From positions 2,496,001-2,560,000 of the forward strand of contig OZ242358.1 of the NCBI GenBank assembly GCA_965208835.1: DNA of 64,000 nt, read 5' to 3'. The position numbers and the translations under genes are program-made. Positions 33,183 to 42,907 of the stretch are shown one piece after another (within the stretch, counting starts at the first letter, position 1; every line of letters begins with the position of its first letter). The stretch comes from Candidatus Latescibacterota bacterium (GTDB lineage Bacteria > Latescibacterota > UBA2968 > GCA-2709665). The notes beneath the pieces are model-generated. The model ran no database searches and was not told the DNA's origin. It worked only from the letters and a program-made list of their open reading frames with translations.

Positions 33183-34240
33183 GTCGATACGTACAGAAGC
33201 AGTTTTTCGTATACCTGGCGTTGTGTTTTGCAGGATTTCTGGCCGTTTTCGTTGTCGTCGACCTGGCCGGCAGGCTGAGTGGCTTTATAGACAGCGGGGT
33301 GAGCGGTGGCACGATCTTCCTGTATTATGCGCTCTCCGTACCCTATATGGGAATCCTGATCCTGCCGATGGCGATGCTGCTGGCCAGTCTCTTCTGCTTT
33401 GGCAATCTCGCGCGCTTCGGCGAGCTTGCCGCAATGAAATCCGCGGGTATATCGCTTTACAGCATCGCCGCACCCGTTTTGGGGGCCTCTCTTCTCGTGT
33501 GTACTGCGTCGTTCTTTCTGACCGACCGGGTCATGCCGGGAGCAAACCGGAAACGCGAGGCAATCGTCCAGGGCAAACGCCGTGCTTTCTTAACACCAGT
33601 TGTTTCGCAGGTTGTCCTTCAGGACGTCAACGGACAGATTCTCTCCGTTGGAACCTATTTCCGCAATGAAGAGCGCGGGGCGCAGGTGACACTGGACACG
33701 TATGACGGGATGCGTCTGGTGGAGAAATTGCGCGCGGAAGAAATGCAGTGGCAGAGCGGGGGATGGACGTTTCTAAAGGGAGAGGTGAGGAGGTTTTCAG
33801 AATCAGGCGGAGAAAAGATGTCCAAGTTCACGGCAATGCCGGCACGCAAAGTCACACTCACGCCGGAAGACCTCAGCCGGGACCCTCGTTCCGCGGAGGA
33901 GCTGGGTTTTTCCGAACTCACCGCGCTCATCCAGCGGAAGCGGCGAATGGGCGATGACGTGGTTCGGGTACAGGTCGCGCGTTACATGCGCGTTTCGTTT
34001 CCATTCACCGGGTTTGTGATGGCGTTATTCGGTATTTCACTCTCGTCCCGTACCCAGCGCGCGGGCAAGCCTCTTCTTGTGGGAATCTGTTTGTTGATCT
34101 CGTTCGTCTATTATGGATGCATCCAGGCAGGACGTGTGATGGGCTGGAACGGAATCCTGCCACCATTCTCGAGTGCGTGGGCCGCCAATTTCCTGTTTTT
34201 GAGTCTTGGTGCGGTTTTGCTGATCCGGACCCGGAGGTAG
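33170..34240 (+). CDS. lptG: LptF/LptG-family LPS export permease
   Basis: 'ILSRYV', 'GELAAMKSAGISL', 'AWAANFLF'; start TTG 33170 behind GGAGG. Confidence 0.85.
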   Translation: MRILSRYVQKQFFVYLALCFAGFLAVFVVVDLAGRLSGFIDSGVSGGTIFLYYALSVPYMGILILPMAMLLASLFCFGNLARFGELAAMKSAGISLYSIAAPVLGASLLVCTASFFLTDRVMPGANRKREAIVQGKRRAFLTPVVSQVVLQDVNGQILSVGTYFRNEERGAQVTLDTYDGMRLVEKLRAEEMQWQSGGWTFLKGEVRRFSESGGEKMSKFTAMPARKVTLTPEDLSRDPRSAEELGFSELTALIQRKRRMGDDVVRVQVARYMRVSFPFTGFVMALFGISLSSRTQRAGKPLLVGICLLISFVYYGCIQAGRVMGWNGILPPFSSAWAANFLFLSLGAVLLIRTRR

Positions 34241-34264
34241 GTGACCCGGGTACCAGGCACGCAG

Positions 34265-34294
34265 AAAAAAAGACGCATGGTCGATGCGTCCTTT
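34265..34294 (-). terminator. Probable intrinsic terminator of the M23 gene
   Basis: GACGCAT-GGTCG-ATGCGTC hairpin with an A7 run (U-tract on the minus strand). Confidence 0.6.
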
Positions 34295-34350
34295 AGCGGG
34301 ATTCACACTCGCAGGAATCGTCGGAATCGGGAGAGACGGTTTCTCCGCTC

Positions 34351-35295
34351 CTACTTATTGTGGATAAACTTTCTCGGATTCACCGGGTGTTCTTTATCCC
34401 CGTTCCTTTTCGTCACGGCATAGTGCAGATGCGGCGCCGTCGCACGCCCGGATCTTCCCATCTTGCCAACCACCTGCCCGCGTTTCACGGTCTGACCCAC
34501 CCCAAGCGACGGCTTCTTCAGCAGATGGGCGTACAGCGTCCTGTAATCCAGTCCGTGGTCGATGGATATGTACCAGCCGAGATACCTGTCTTTGCCCACG
34601 GACTCCACGCGGCCGTTGGCGGTGGCCAGGATTTTCGTGCCGGACCGACCCGCAATGTCGATGCCCTTGTGGAACTGCCTGGCACCGGTGAATGGATTGG
34701 TCCGATAACCGAAACCCGAGGAAATCCAGCAGCCGGACTGTGGGGGTACCGGAAGAATGGAAGGGGTACGCAGGCGGGCGATCTCGTTCTGGCTGAGGAT
34801 TGAGCCGATATGATCGAAACTGGCTTCGAGAAAACGGGCCTCTCGCAGGAGCTGGTCCACGTCGGTATTTGCTCTCGTCAACCGCTCGCCAATGTCGTGG
34901 GCCACCTGGCCTTCCCATTCCGGTGCACCCTTGGTGTATCCACCCACGCCCATTTTTCGCACCTCGTCTCCCGGTTCGGCCAGATTCACCCAGGTGCGGA
35001 ACAGGCGGTCCATTTCAGTAAGGTCGTTGACGTTTTCCCTCAGTCCTTCCACCTTTTGCTGCAATTGGCTGACCTGTTTCCTTAGTACGGTGTTCTCGGA
35101 CGTCAGCGCCAGCAGCTTCGTCTCCTGCTGACGGTTTACGAAATAGCCCAATGCGTAAAAGACGACGGCGAGGGCAAGACACCCAAACAACAATGCGGCC
35201 CCAAGTCCCCAAACCGTGGGGCGAGAGGCCCTGACCTGCCGCATCTGATCTCTATTGTGGGGTACGACCATCACCGTCAGGTTTCTCTTCCACAT
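34351..35295 (-). CDS. M23-family metallopeptidase (TM + coiled coil + M23)
   Basis: 'HKGIDIA', 'YAHL', 'GRSGRATAPHLHY'. Confidence 0.92.
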   Translation of the reverse strand: MWKRNLTVMVVPHNRDQMRQVRASRPTVWGLGAALLFGCLALAVVFYALGYFVNRQQETKLLALTSENTVLRKQVSQLQQKVEGLRENVNDLTEMDRLFRTWVNLAEPGDEVRKMGVGGYTKGAPEWEGQVAHDIGERLTRANTDVDQLLREARFLEASFDHIGSILSQNEIARLRTPSILPVPPQSGCWISSGFGYRTNPFTGARQFHKGIDIAGRSGTKILATANGRVESVGKDRYLGWYISIDHGLDYRTLYAHLLKKPSLGVGQTVKRGQVVGKMGRSGRATAPHLHYAVTKRNGDKEHPVNPRKFIHNK

Positions 35296-35630
35296 GTACG
35301 AAACCTTTCATCGTCGGTTATTTACGCCAAAGACAGATTGTATGCCTGAACTATAATTCGACCGTCAAGAATAACGGACTTTTCAACGAAATTGTCAAGG
35401 CAAAACTCGACTGATTGGAGCCCTGTCGGGTACCCGCATCGCGGCATGCAAGCACCAACCGGGTATGATGGCGAGCGCACCGGCGCGATAGGTTCGACGT
35501 CCGGCGTGCTGAGCAGTCACACACTGTTTTTCCGGGACGATGCGGACGGCCACGACCGTGATTCAGGGGATCGCCGCGGATAAAGGGTAGCCGACCGGCA
35601 GGCGGAGATCAACCCGTACAGATCGGGCTG

Positions 35631-36980
35631 CTAGGCGGTCGTCATGTGGTCGATGACTTCAGCCTTCAGCGTTTCTCTAAGTATCGGGTTATCGACGCAG
35701 AAGATACGTACGACCTTGGCCTGCGTTTCAAAGTTACCGATCAGATACTCCTTGAGCATCGAGACTTCCGGGTCGTCGAACCGGAGAGGGTCGGCTTTGT
35801 CAAGGGGAATGTATGACCCGAAAAAGACGTTCAGGTTGACTTCGGGACTCTTCCCGAGCCGGGGAATATCGATCAGAATTTCGTCGCCTTCGAGCTCGAG
35901 CCCGGTCTTGGCTCCGAATGTCCTGCACAGTTCGATCTCGAGTTTCCGCCGATCGGCCGGCTGATAATACAACCCCTCCAGTTTGGCGGTCAGACCTGTT
36001 TCTCGTTCCCGTGGGAAGAAGACCCGGGCTACCTTGTGCAGTCTACGACGTTTCAGGCGCCCTATCATGCTGTTTCGTCGATCGATGTCCAGCCGATCCA
36101 TCTCCAGTTCCAGGCGGTGAATCAGGTCGGCTTCGGTCGCCCGGTTGAAGTCTTCTTCGCCGAGGCTTGAAGCAGGGTGGAGCAACAGATCCTGGACGCC
36201 CCGTTTGAACATTGCATTTGCAGACCGCACGGCGTGATGCCAGTATACGTTCCGATACATCAGATAACTCGTGAATATGAGCGCTTCCACCGCCGAGACG
36301 CCCTTGTAGGTGATCGCGGGGCGCTGTCCCGCCGGATCGAACGTGATCGAACCCAACAAGCGGTCCCGGTTGACAGATTCGCCGAAGGGCACCCCGCAAT
36401 AGCGCGCATCTCTCAGAAGATAGTCGATTTTGTCGGGATCCAGGGTACCACTGAGAATATGTGCCAGGCGCATGTCGGAATCGGGGATGTTCACGTTGTT
36501 GTTTCGGTAGTCGATCACGTTAGCCACCCGAAGGGGGTCCGTCTCTGCCCTCACCAGTGCAGCGTTGACTTCCGTGGAAGGATCCAGTATGATCTGACGG
36601 CCACGTTCCTCGTGGTCGGCGAAAAACATCTGCATTTCTTCGAAGACGTGGCAGAACGGGTAGTGGCCAATGTCGTGCAACAGGCTGGCCGCCAGCAGAA
36701 CGCGTGCGTCTTCGATATTGATGTCCGGAGGTGGATCCGCCTGAACAAGCCGACGAAGAAACTGTCCGGCAATGTGGAAGACGCCCAGCGAGTGTTCAAA
36801 CCGGGAATGGCGCGCACCGGGATATACCAGAAGCACGTGGCCCAGTTGGGAGATATCACGCAGGCGCTGGAATTCCTCGGCGTCGACCAGCGGGACCAGA
36901 TATTGGGGAATATGGATATGTCCCCAGATCGGATCCCGGATGGCCTTGCCCGAATCCAGAAACCGGAGGTCAACAGGCAT
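35631..36980 (-). CDS. HD-domain phosphohydrolase (SAMHD1/dNTP triphosphohydrolase-like)
   Basis: 'FQRLRDISQLG', 'HSRFEHSLG', 'LLHDIGH', 'DKIDYLLRD', 'VYWHH'. Confidence 0.88.
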   Translation of the reverse strand: MPVDLRFLDSGKAIRDPIWGHIHIPQYLVPLVDAEEFQRLRDISQLGHVLLVYPGARHSRFEHSLGVFHIAGQFLRRLVQADPPPDINIEDARVLLAASLLHDIGHYPFCHVFEEMQMFFADHEERGRQIILDPSTEVNAALVRAETDPLRVANVIDYRNNNVNIPDSDMRLAHILSGTLDPDKIDYLLRDARYCGVPFGESVNRDRLLGSITFDPAGQRPAITYKGVSAVEALIFTSYLMYRNVYWHHAVRSANAMFKRGVQDLLLHPASSLGEEDFNRATEADLIHRLELEMDRLDIDRRNSMIGRLKRRRLHKVARVFFPRERETGLTAKLEGLYYQPADRRKLEIELCRTFGAKTGLELEGDEILIDIPRLGKSPEVNLNVFFGSYIPLDKADPLRFDDPEVSMLKEYLIGNFETQAKVVRIFCVDNPILRETLKAEVIDHMTTA

Positions 36981-37285
36981 CGAAAAACACTCGGCTGGTG
37001 GGAGTCAGGGGTACGCCATCGGGCATATGGTCCCTGGCGTGGTGCTCGTCATTCGCGTTTTGTTCTTAATGGAATCGTTCGCAATATCGGTATCGACGCC
37101 GGGCAAGTCAAGTCTGGCGCAGGGAACGGAGATTTGGTTTGGCGGAGGTCGTACTCTGGAATTTACGATACGATACGGGTCGCGGACGGCGCAAGGCCGG
37201 GAAACTGTACTGGCAGTAACGTAACCCGGGCAAGTCGCCGGGCCGAAATTTCGGCGGGGAAGCAGGCATTTCGTAGAAGGTGCCG

Positions 37286-38002
37286 ATGGGTTTTTCCAAA
37301 CACTGGTGGGATAGCCCGTTGCCTCGGGCGCGAGTTGCCGTAATCGCTGAAATGTCCACCGTGCTCGACGAAACATTCGGTGGCACGGCCCGGGACCTTG
37401 AGCGCGCGCGGCCGGACGGTCTCGATGCGCTGATGCGTACTGTCCTGTCCCAGAATACCACTGACGAAAACCGGGACAGGGCATACGACAGGATGCGTGC
37501 GCGGTTTCCGGACTGGGGCGACGTGATGGCGGCGGACGTGGCGCAACTGAAGGACGTCATACGCGTGGCGGGGCTGTCGAATACAAAAGCCCCGAATATG
37601 CAGGCGTTCCTGCGCTGGCTGAAGCGCAAACGGGGGAATCTGAACCTGGATTTCCTGCGGGATCTTCCGAATCAGGCCGCGGTATCCCTGTTGACCGAAC
37701 ACCGAGGCATCGGTGTCAAGACGGCCTATATCGTACTCGCCTTTGCGTTTGATCGGGATATGTGCGCCGTGGATACGCACGTGTATCGCATTCTGCGTCG
37801 TGTAGGGCTTGTCTCATCGCGATGCAGCCGTGAGAAAGCACACACGGAACTCGCGCCTCTGATCCCGGAGGGCCAGGCCAGGTCTTACCATACAAATATG
37901 GTTGAATTCGGCAAGACCGTATGCACGGCCAGGAATCCGTCCTGCGACGCATGTCCCGTCTCCAGGCTGTGCAGATACTACCACGAAATGCAGGGCGGAT
38001 GA
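37286..38002 (+). CDS. Endonuclease III-family HhH-GPD DNA glycosylase
   Basis: 'VLSQNTTD', 'GIGVKTA', 'VDTHVYRI', Fe-S motif 'CTARNPSCDACPVSRLC'. Confidence 0.9.
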   Translation: MGFSKHWWDSPLPRARVAVIAEMSTVLDETFGGTARDLERARPDGLDALMRTVLSQNTTDENRDRAYDRMRARFPDWGDVMAADVAQLKDVIRVAGLSNTKAPNMQAFLRWLKRKRGNLNLDFLRDLPNQAAVSLLTEHRGIGVKTAYIVLAFAFDRDMCAVDTHVYRILRRVGLVSSRCSREKAHTELAPLIPEGQARSYHTNMVEFGKTVCTARNPSCDACPVSRLCRYYHEMQGG

Positions 38003-38008
38003 GAATGG

Positions 38009-38060
38009 CAGCCCATTGAAAAAGCCCATACGGGCGGCGGCCGGCTTTCGCCGCAATGCG
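38009..38060 (+). repeat. MITE-like repeat family A, 5' fragment
   Basis: CAGCCCATTGAAAAAGCCCATACGGGCGGCGGCCGGCTTTCG resembles the first ~45 nt of 18028..18189. Confidence 0.6.
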
Positions 38061-38076
38061 GACCGACGGACGCGGA

Positions 38077-39153
38077 TTAGTCGACTCTGATTCGCTGCAG
38101 ATCGTATGAATCGACATTGTAGGGTTCGAAGGTATCGTCATCGCCCGGGGTGAATACCGCCACGTACAGATACTGATCGTTGTTGTCAATGGCGATGCCT
38201 CGTTCCCGGAGGTTTCCGGCCGCAAGAAAGTAGTTCGTCTCCAGTTTGGTCTGCGTATCGAATTCAACAATAAACACGCCCGCTTCATCGGCGTCGGTAG
38301 GCGCAACGAATAGCCGGCGGCCGTCGCGGCTCAGCGCGAGCCCCAGTGCGGGGGACTTGATTTCAAATTTCCCCGTCAGCGTCAGGTCGTCGGCGCTGAA
38401 CGCCCAGAGATCCTTCACGAGGCCGCGGTCTTCCGGATCCGCAAGACCCAGATAAAGATGCTCGTTGAAGGGTCCGATGACGAAATCGTTGATCCTGGCT
38501 GAGAAACTGAAACGGGTGGAGGTGGTCTCCGTGGTGGGGAAATGACCGGAAGCATCGTATTTCAGAACGTTGTTTCTGGCTGCAACAAAGAGCTTTCGGT
38601 CTCCGTGATTCATCTGAAGTGCGCCGGAGCGCACATTTCCGCTGGTTTCCCGATTGTCGACAATCGACACTGCAATCAGCAGCGGTTCATCCAAAGAGGA
38701 AACATAGACAATCGAGTCGGTTCCGCAGACAATATGGGAAATGTCATTGAGGGAATAAGGGACCGTCTTCACGAGGGCGAACGAATTCAGGTCGATGACT
38801 TTGAGGTTCGATTCTCCGTTCAATCCCACCACCAGATGGCGTTGGTTCGGCGTGATGTCGAGGTCGATCGGGTGGGAACCTACCTGAAGGCTCCCGTCGA
38901 CCGTCATCTGGCTGCCAAGGTGGATGCGAAGTATCCGGTTGTTACCATAGTCGGCAAGATACAGATATGGCTGGTTCGGATCCATGACCATATCGGAGAT
39001 ATTCACGCCGAGTTCCAGGATTTCGAAATCTTCAATCTTGTAGAATTGTTCCGGCTCTTCGTCGTCAAGATAGAGCGAACAGCCCGGCACAAAGAGGATT
39101 GCAAACAACACGAAAAAGACGAACCGGCGGCTTGTTGTTCCAATTCGGTCCAT
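38077..39153 (-). CDS. YncE-like beta-propeller lipoprotein
   Basis: Signal peptide with lipobox-like 'FVPGC'; blade-like repeats 'VGSHPIDLDITPN', 'GLALSRDGRRLFV'; start re-set to ATG 39153 because the upstream part is repeat-derived. Confidence 0.75.
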   Translation of the reverse strand: MDRIGTTSRRFVFFVLFAILFVPGCSLYLDDEEPEQFYKIEDFEILELGVNISDMVMDPNQPYLYLADYGNNRILRIHLGSQMTVDGSLQVGSHPIDLDITPNQRHLVVGLNGESNLKVIDLNSFALVKTVPYSLNDISHIVCGTDSIVYVSSLDEPLLIAVSIVDNRETSGNVRSGALQMNHGDRKLFVAARNNVLKYDASGHFPTTETTSTRFSFSARINDFVIGPFNEHLYLGLADPEDRGLVKDLWAFSADDLTLTGKFEIKSPALGLALSRDGRRLFVAPTDADEAGVFIVEFDTQTKLETNYFLAAGNLRERGIAIDNNDQYLYVAVFTPGDDDTFEPYNVDSYDLQRIRVD

Positions 39154-39167
39154 GCCGGATCGCCTGA

Positions 39168-39328
39168 CAGTCCGTTGAATAGAGTCGCTCTGGAGGCGAG
39201 GCCGAGCCATTGTGGTCGAAGACAAGGCTCGCGACCGAGTCCCATCCTTCGATTCGGCGAGGGAGCGCAACGAAGGTTTTCGACCGCAAGGGCCGGGCGC
39301 AGCCCGGATGGTCTGTTTCAACGGGCTG
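39168..39328 (-). repeat. MITE-like repeat family A, full copy, inverted orientation
   Basis: Minus strand CAGCCCGTTGAAA...TTCAACGGACTG; collinear with 18028..18189. Confidence 0.8.
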
Positions 39329-40294
39329 CTAGAGCGAGAAAGCATATGATGTGCTCAGCTCTATAAGATAGTCCGATGTCAGCTGGCTCTCGTTCACGTT
39401 TTGAAATACGACAATGGGCAGGTGAAATTCAACGCTCAAATTATCCAGTACATTGACCCCCAATTCAGGCGAAAGATACATCCACTTGCCTCCGCGTTCT
39501 CTGGTAATCTGGCCGAACTGGTAACGGTCCCTCGAGGTGATCAGATTTTTCAGACTCACTCCGCCATACAACCAGCCTTCACCTTCGTACTCCAGCGAAA
39601 GGCTTGCGTGCAGTTCATTGCCATATTTGTAGCCGTAGATGTTCTGTCTCGAGGTGATACGGGAAAACACGCCCGCCGATACCGAAATGGTCTCAAATTG
39701 ATGATGCACATTGAGCGCGAAAACCGGGTCCACACTTCCTGAGCCGATCTGCAGATTGTCGGCGAAACGCACGCCGTACCGGTCCTTGGCATCTACGGAA
39801 CCGTTTGCCAGCTTCAGTCCAACGCCGAGATTCACCCCGGGGAGACCCGCCGCGAGGGGTGCGGCGTAATTCAGCATGGCCACGATATCGCCAAGACCGG
39901 AAGCATGCCGGACATACTTTCCGCCTTCATACTGGTTGGGGTTCTGTCCGCGCAACAGCACCTTTTCGTTCGTAACTGAACGGAAGGGTACGGCCAACGC
40001 AAGACCGATGTGCTCCGTCACGCCCAGGGAAGCGAACAGGGTGGTTGTGGCATTGTCCGTTCGCTCGCGATTGACGTTCGGTATGGCGCGGGACCCGTAG
40101 TGGGGGTCGGACAGGAATTCGTAGTCGTAATGTACACTGAGCTTCAGCTGATCCTGTACGGCCAGACCGTTTTTCATCAGGCTCCCGCCCGGGAGCACGG
40201 GCCGTCGTCAGCTGACACCACCCTGAGCGTGGGCGGCGGGCGCCGCAATGGTTCGCGCCACGAAACACAGTAAGAGTACCGCGAACGTCCGCAT
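39329..40294 (-). CDS. Putative selenocysteine-containing outer-membrane beta-barrel (COG4313/'transporter'-like), 321 aa
   Basis: ATG 40294 with RBS encodes signal peptide MRTFAVLLLCFVARTIAAPAAHA-QGGVS, then in-frame TGA (40210-40208), then RRP continuing into track ORF 39329..40198 ('SGLGD', 'LQIGSGSVD', C-terminal 'SYAFSL'). Confidence 0.75.
40181..40196 (-). promoter_or_regulatory. Candidate bacterial SECIS element
   Basis: GCTCCC-GGGC-GGGAGC hairpin starting 11 nt 3' of the in-frame TGA, with a G-first apical loop. Confidence 0.65.
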
Positions 40295-40355
40295 TCGGGT
40301 TTTCCTCGATCCGAAAGTTGTGAACTCGCTCCAAGCGTCCGGTTTTTCGGGTTGA

Positions 40356-40384
40356 AATATACCTTACATGCGCCCGGATAGCAA
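40356..40384 (-). promoter_or_regulatory. Putative sigma70 promoter of the beta-barrel gene
   Basis: Minus strand TTGCTA-N17-TATATT. Confidence 0.5.
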
Positions 40385-40462
40385 GGCGGATTTTCTTTCG
40401 TGAGTTTACATAGAGCTCAAATTTACAAATCTTTACACAACCATTTGTCGCGCCGTTTTTGC

Positions 40463-40491
40463 TTGACACTACCGGGAGATTGGGCTATCTT
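40463..40491 (+). promoter_or_regulatory. Putative sigma70 promoter of the tRNA pair
   Basis: TTGACA-N17-TATCTT. Confidence 0.65.
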
Positions 40492-40535
40492 TAACGTCCG
40501 ATTTCCAGCAGACGGCTTCGTGCGCGGGGCTTGTA

Positions 40536-40609
<74 letters not shown>

Positions 40610-40625
40610 TATTACATCAGCTTGT

Positions 40626-40703
40626 GGTGGGTGTAGCTCAGATGGTTAGAGCGCCTGGTTGTGGCCCAGGAGGTCGGGGGTTCAAGTCCCCTCACTCACC
40701 CCA
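40626..40703 (+). tRNA. tRNA-His(GTG)
   Basis: G-1:C73, acceptor GTGGGTG/CACTCAC, anticodon arm CCTGG-TTGTGGC-CCAGG, encoded CCA. Confidence 0.95.
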
Positions 40704-40781
40704 CTCTTTGCCTGGCTGTTTCTCGCCTTTGGTTCCCCGGGGATATTGGAGCCAAAGGTTTTTTAACGTCTGAAATTGCCA

Positions 40782-42143
40782 ATGATTACGAAAAACCACC
40801 TTCGAAACGGCTCGTCACGGGCTGTGATCATCGGCCTGGATGGTACACCCTGCAGTCTGATAAACCGGTTAGTCGCCGATGGCCGAATGCCGAAATTCGC
40901 CGGGCTCCTGCAAGCCGGAAGCCTGGCGGGAATGGAATCGGTCCTGCCGACGGTATCGTCGGTCGCCTGGGCGTCGGTAGTAACCGGGTGTAATCCAGGC
41001 AAGCACAATATCTTTGGCTTTATTGATCGAGTGCCTGACACCCACGAAATGTACATTCCTACGTCCAGAACAATGCGCGCCAGGACCTGGACGGAGATTT
41101 TCAGCGGGATGGGCAGGCGTGTCTTTTCCATGGGCGTTCCGACAACCTACCCCCCACGGGCGGTGAACGGAATACTGATTTCCGGGTTTCTGGCGCCGGA
41201 TCTGAACCGGAGTACCTATCCCGCTGCGGTGGCGCGTGAGCTGGCTGCGATGGGGTACCGGATCGACATCGACTCCTGGCTCGCCCGAAGGGACAGGGAG
41301 CGATTCCTCGACGATGTCTTTCAGGCCATGGAACGGCGGTTTGACGCGATGTTCCATTTCCTGGACCAGGAACCCTGGGACCTGTTTGTCGCCCACGTCC
41401 TGGAAACGGACAGGCTGCACCATTTTCTATGGGGTCTGGTGGACGACGGCAGTCAGTCCTATCTGCCCTGGTTTCACAGGTTTTACGACCGTGTTGACCG
41501 CGCCATCGGTGAGGTTGCGGACCGGCTTGACGATGACACACTGCTGATGATTGTCTCCGACCACGGGTTCTGCAAGTTGAAGTATGAAGTCCATTTGAAT
41601 TACTGGCTGCACCAGGCCGGTTTTCTGCGTTTTCGCAGTCGCACGGCCAGGGGGCTCCGCGATCTCGCGCCCGACACACGATGTTATTCGCTATTGCCCG
41701 GGCGCATGTATCTTTCCCTGCGGGGTCGTGAGCGCGGGGGGCGCGTGGAGCCAGGCGCGGAATACGAAGCGCTGAGAGGGGATATCGCCGACGGCCTGAT
41801 GCAGATCCGGGATCCGGAAACGGGTCAGCCGGTGATCCGGAGAATCTTCAGACGCGAGGAACTCTACGCCGGTGATGCCTTCGAACTGGCGCCGGATCTG
41901 ATCGCCATGCCAGCGGCCGGTTACGATTTGAAAGGCGGTTTTGACAGTGAAGTACTGATGGATCGCGGCCCGGTAAATGGCACGCATACGTTTTCGGACG
42001 CGATGTTTTTCATCAATCGCGAGGCCGATTTGTCAAAGAAGGTCCGACTGATTGACGTGTTTCCGACGCTCTTCGATGCCGTCGGACTCGAGGTTCCCGT
42101 TGGCGTGGACGGGCGGTCCCTGGTTGCCGGCCGTGTGAACTGA
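40782..42143 (+). CDS. Alkaline-phosphatase superfamily type I phosphodiesterase/nucleotide pyrophosphatase
   Basis: 'IIGLDG', 'TGCNPGKHNIFGF', 'TDRLHH', 'VSDHGF', 'GTH'. Confidence 0.88.
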   Translation: MITKNHLRNGSSRAVIIGLDGTPCSLINRLVADGRMPKFAGLLQAGSLAGMESVLPTVSSVAWASVVTGCNPGKHNIFGFIDRVPDTHEMYIPTSRTMRARTWTEIFSGMGRRVFSMGVPTTYPPRAVNGILISGFLAPDLNRSTYPAAVARELAAMGYRIDIDSWLARRDRERFLDDVFQAMERRFDAMFHFLDQEPWDLFVAHVLETDRLHHFLWGLVDDGSQSYLPWFHRFYDRVDRAIGEVADRLDDDTLLMIVSDHGFCKLKYEVHLNYWLHQAGFLRFRSRTARGLRDLAPDTRCYSLLPGRMYLSLRGRERGGRVEPGAEYEALRGDIADGLMQIRDPETGQPVIRRIFRREELYAGDAFELAPDLIAMPAAGYDLKGGFDSEVLMDRGPVNGTHTFSDAMFFINREADLSKKVRLIDVFPTLFDAVGLEVPVGVDGRSLVAGRVN

Positions 42144-42228
42144 GTCATGGCCGGTCGTGCCGGTCGGACGCATTGGCGCGTCGCGGGACGCTCCAGCCCT
42201 TTTCACGATAGTCTTTAGTGGGGGCGTT

Positions 42229-42828
42229 ATGGCGAGACTGTTTCTGGTTCTGCTCGGAATGGGTGTCGCGGCGACCGGCGCGCACGACGACCGGGGCCAC
42301 GTTATGGACACGAGTGAAGAGAACATGGAGCGAATTGCCGCGTCACTCGGGGTACGGTGTTCCCATTGTCACACGGTACGCGGGCCGGATGGAAAACCTG
42401 ATTTCATGGCGCCTTCGCTGTTCAAGCATACAGCCGTCCATATGAAAGTCCACTTTGTGGACGGACTGAAAACCGCCGATGGAAAGGCGCTGGACTGCAT
42501 GTCTTGCCACCAGGGAAACGCCCGGTTTGTTCCACGGGACGTTGAGAACGCCAGTCCTTCCAACCTGTCGGAGCGGATGCCGCGGCGGGAGATTTACCGG
42601 AAGATGAAGGCTATCGAGAGGGCGCTTGGGGTAGACTGTGAATTCTGCCACGTCAGACGTGAGGACGGGCGCCTCGCGCCTGAGCGGCCAACCAGACATA
42701 AGCTGATGGCCAAATACATGATGGACCACTACGAGGGATCGCTGGTCACGTCGGACGGAACGCCGGTCACGTGCGGAACCTGCCACGCCGGCGCGGCTGA
42801 ATTTTTGCCGCGTACCACCGGTGAATAG
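42229..42828 (+). CDS. Exported tetraheme c-type cytochrome (duplicated diheme unit)
   Basis: Signal peptide MARLFLVLLGMGVAATGA; four CxxCH motifs (CSHCH, CMSCH, CEFCH, CGTCH). Confidence 0.85.
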   Translation: MARLFLVLLGMGVAATGAHDDRGHVMDTSEENMERIAASLGVRCSHCHTVRGPDGKPDFMAPSLFKHTAVHMKVHFVDGLKTADGKALDCMSCHQGNARFVPRDVENASPSNLSERMPRREIYRKMKAIERALGVDCEFCHVRREDGRLAPERPTRHKLMAKYMMDHYEGSLVTSDGTPVTCGTCHAGAAEFLPRTTGE

Positions 42829-42852
42829 ACGATTCATGCCGGTACAGCAAAC

Positions 42853-42886
42853 AGAAGGGCCGGACGGTTTGCCGTCCGGCCCTTCT
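42853..42886. terminator. Bidirectional terminator between the cytochrome gene and nrdJ
   Basis: Perfect 15-bp IR AGAAGGGCCGGACGG-TTTG-CCGTCCGGCCCTTCT. Confidence 0.75.
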
Positions 42887-42907
42887 TCGTATTATCACAC
42901 GGCTCTG

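Noticed and set aside
39154-39345. N-terminal extension of the beta-propeller ORF (and similar ORF 17956..18228)
   Set aside because: Derived from repeat family A; the true start is ATG 39153 before the signal peptide.
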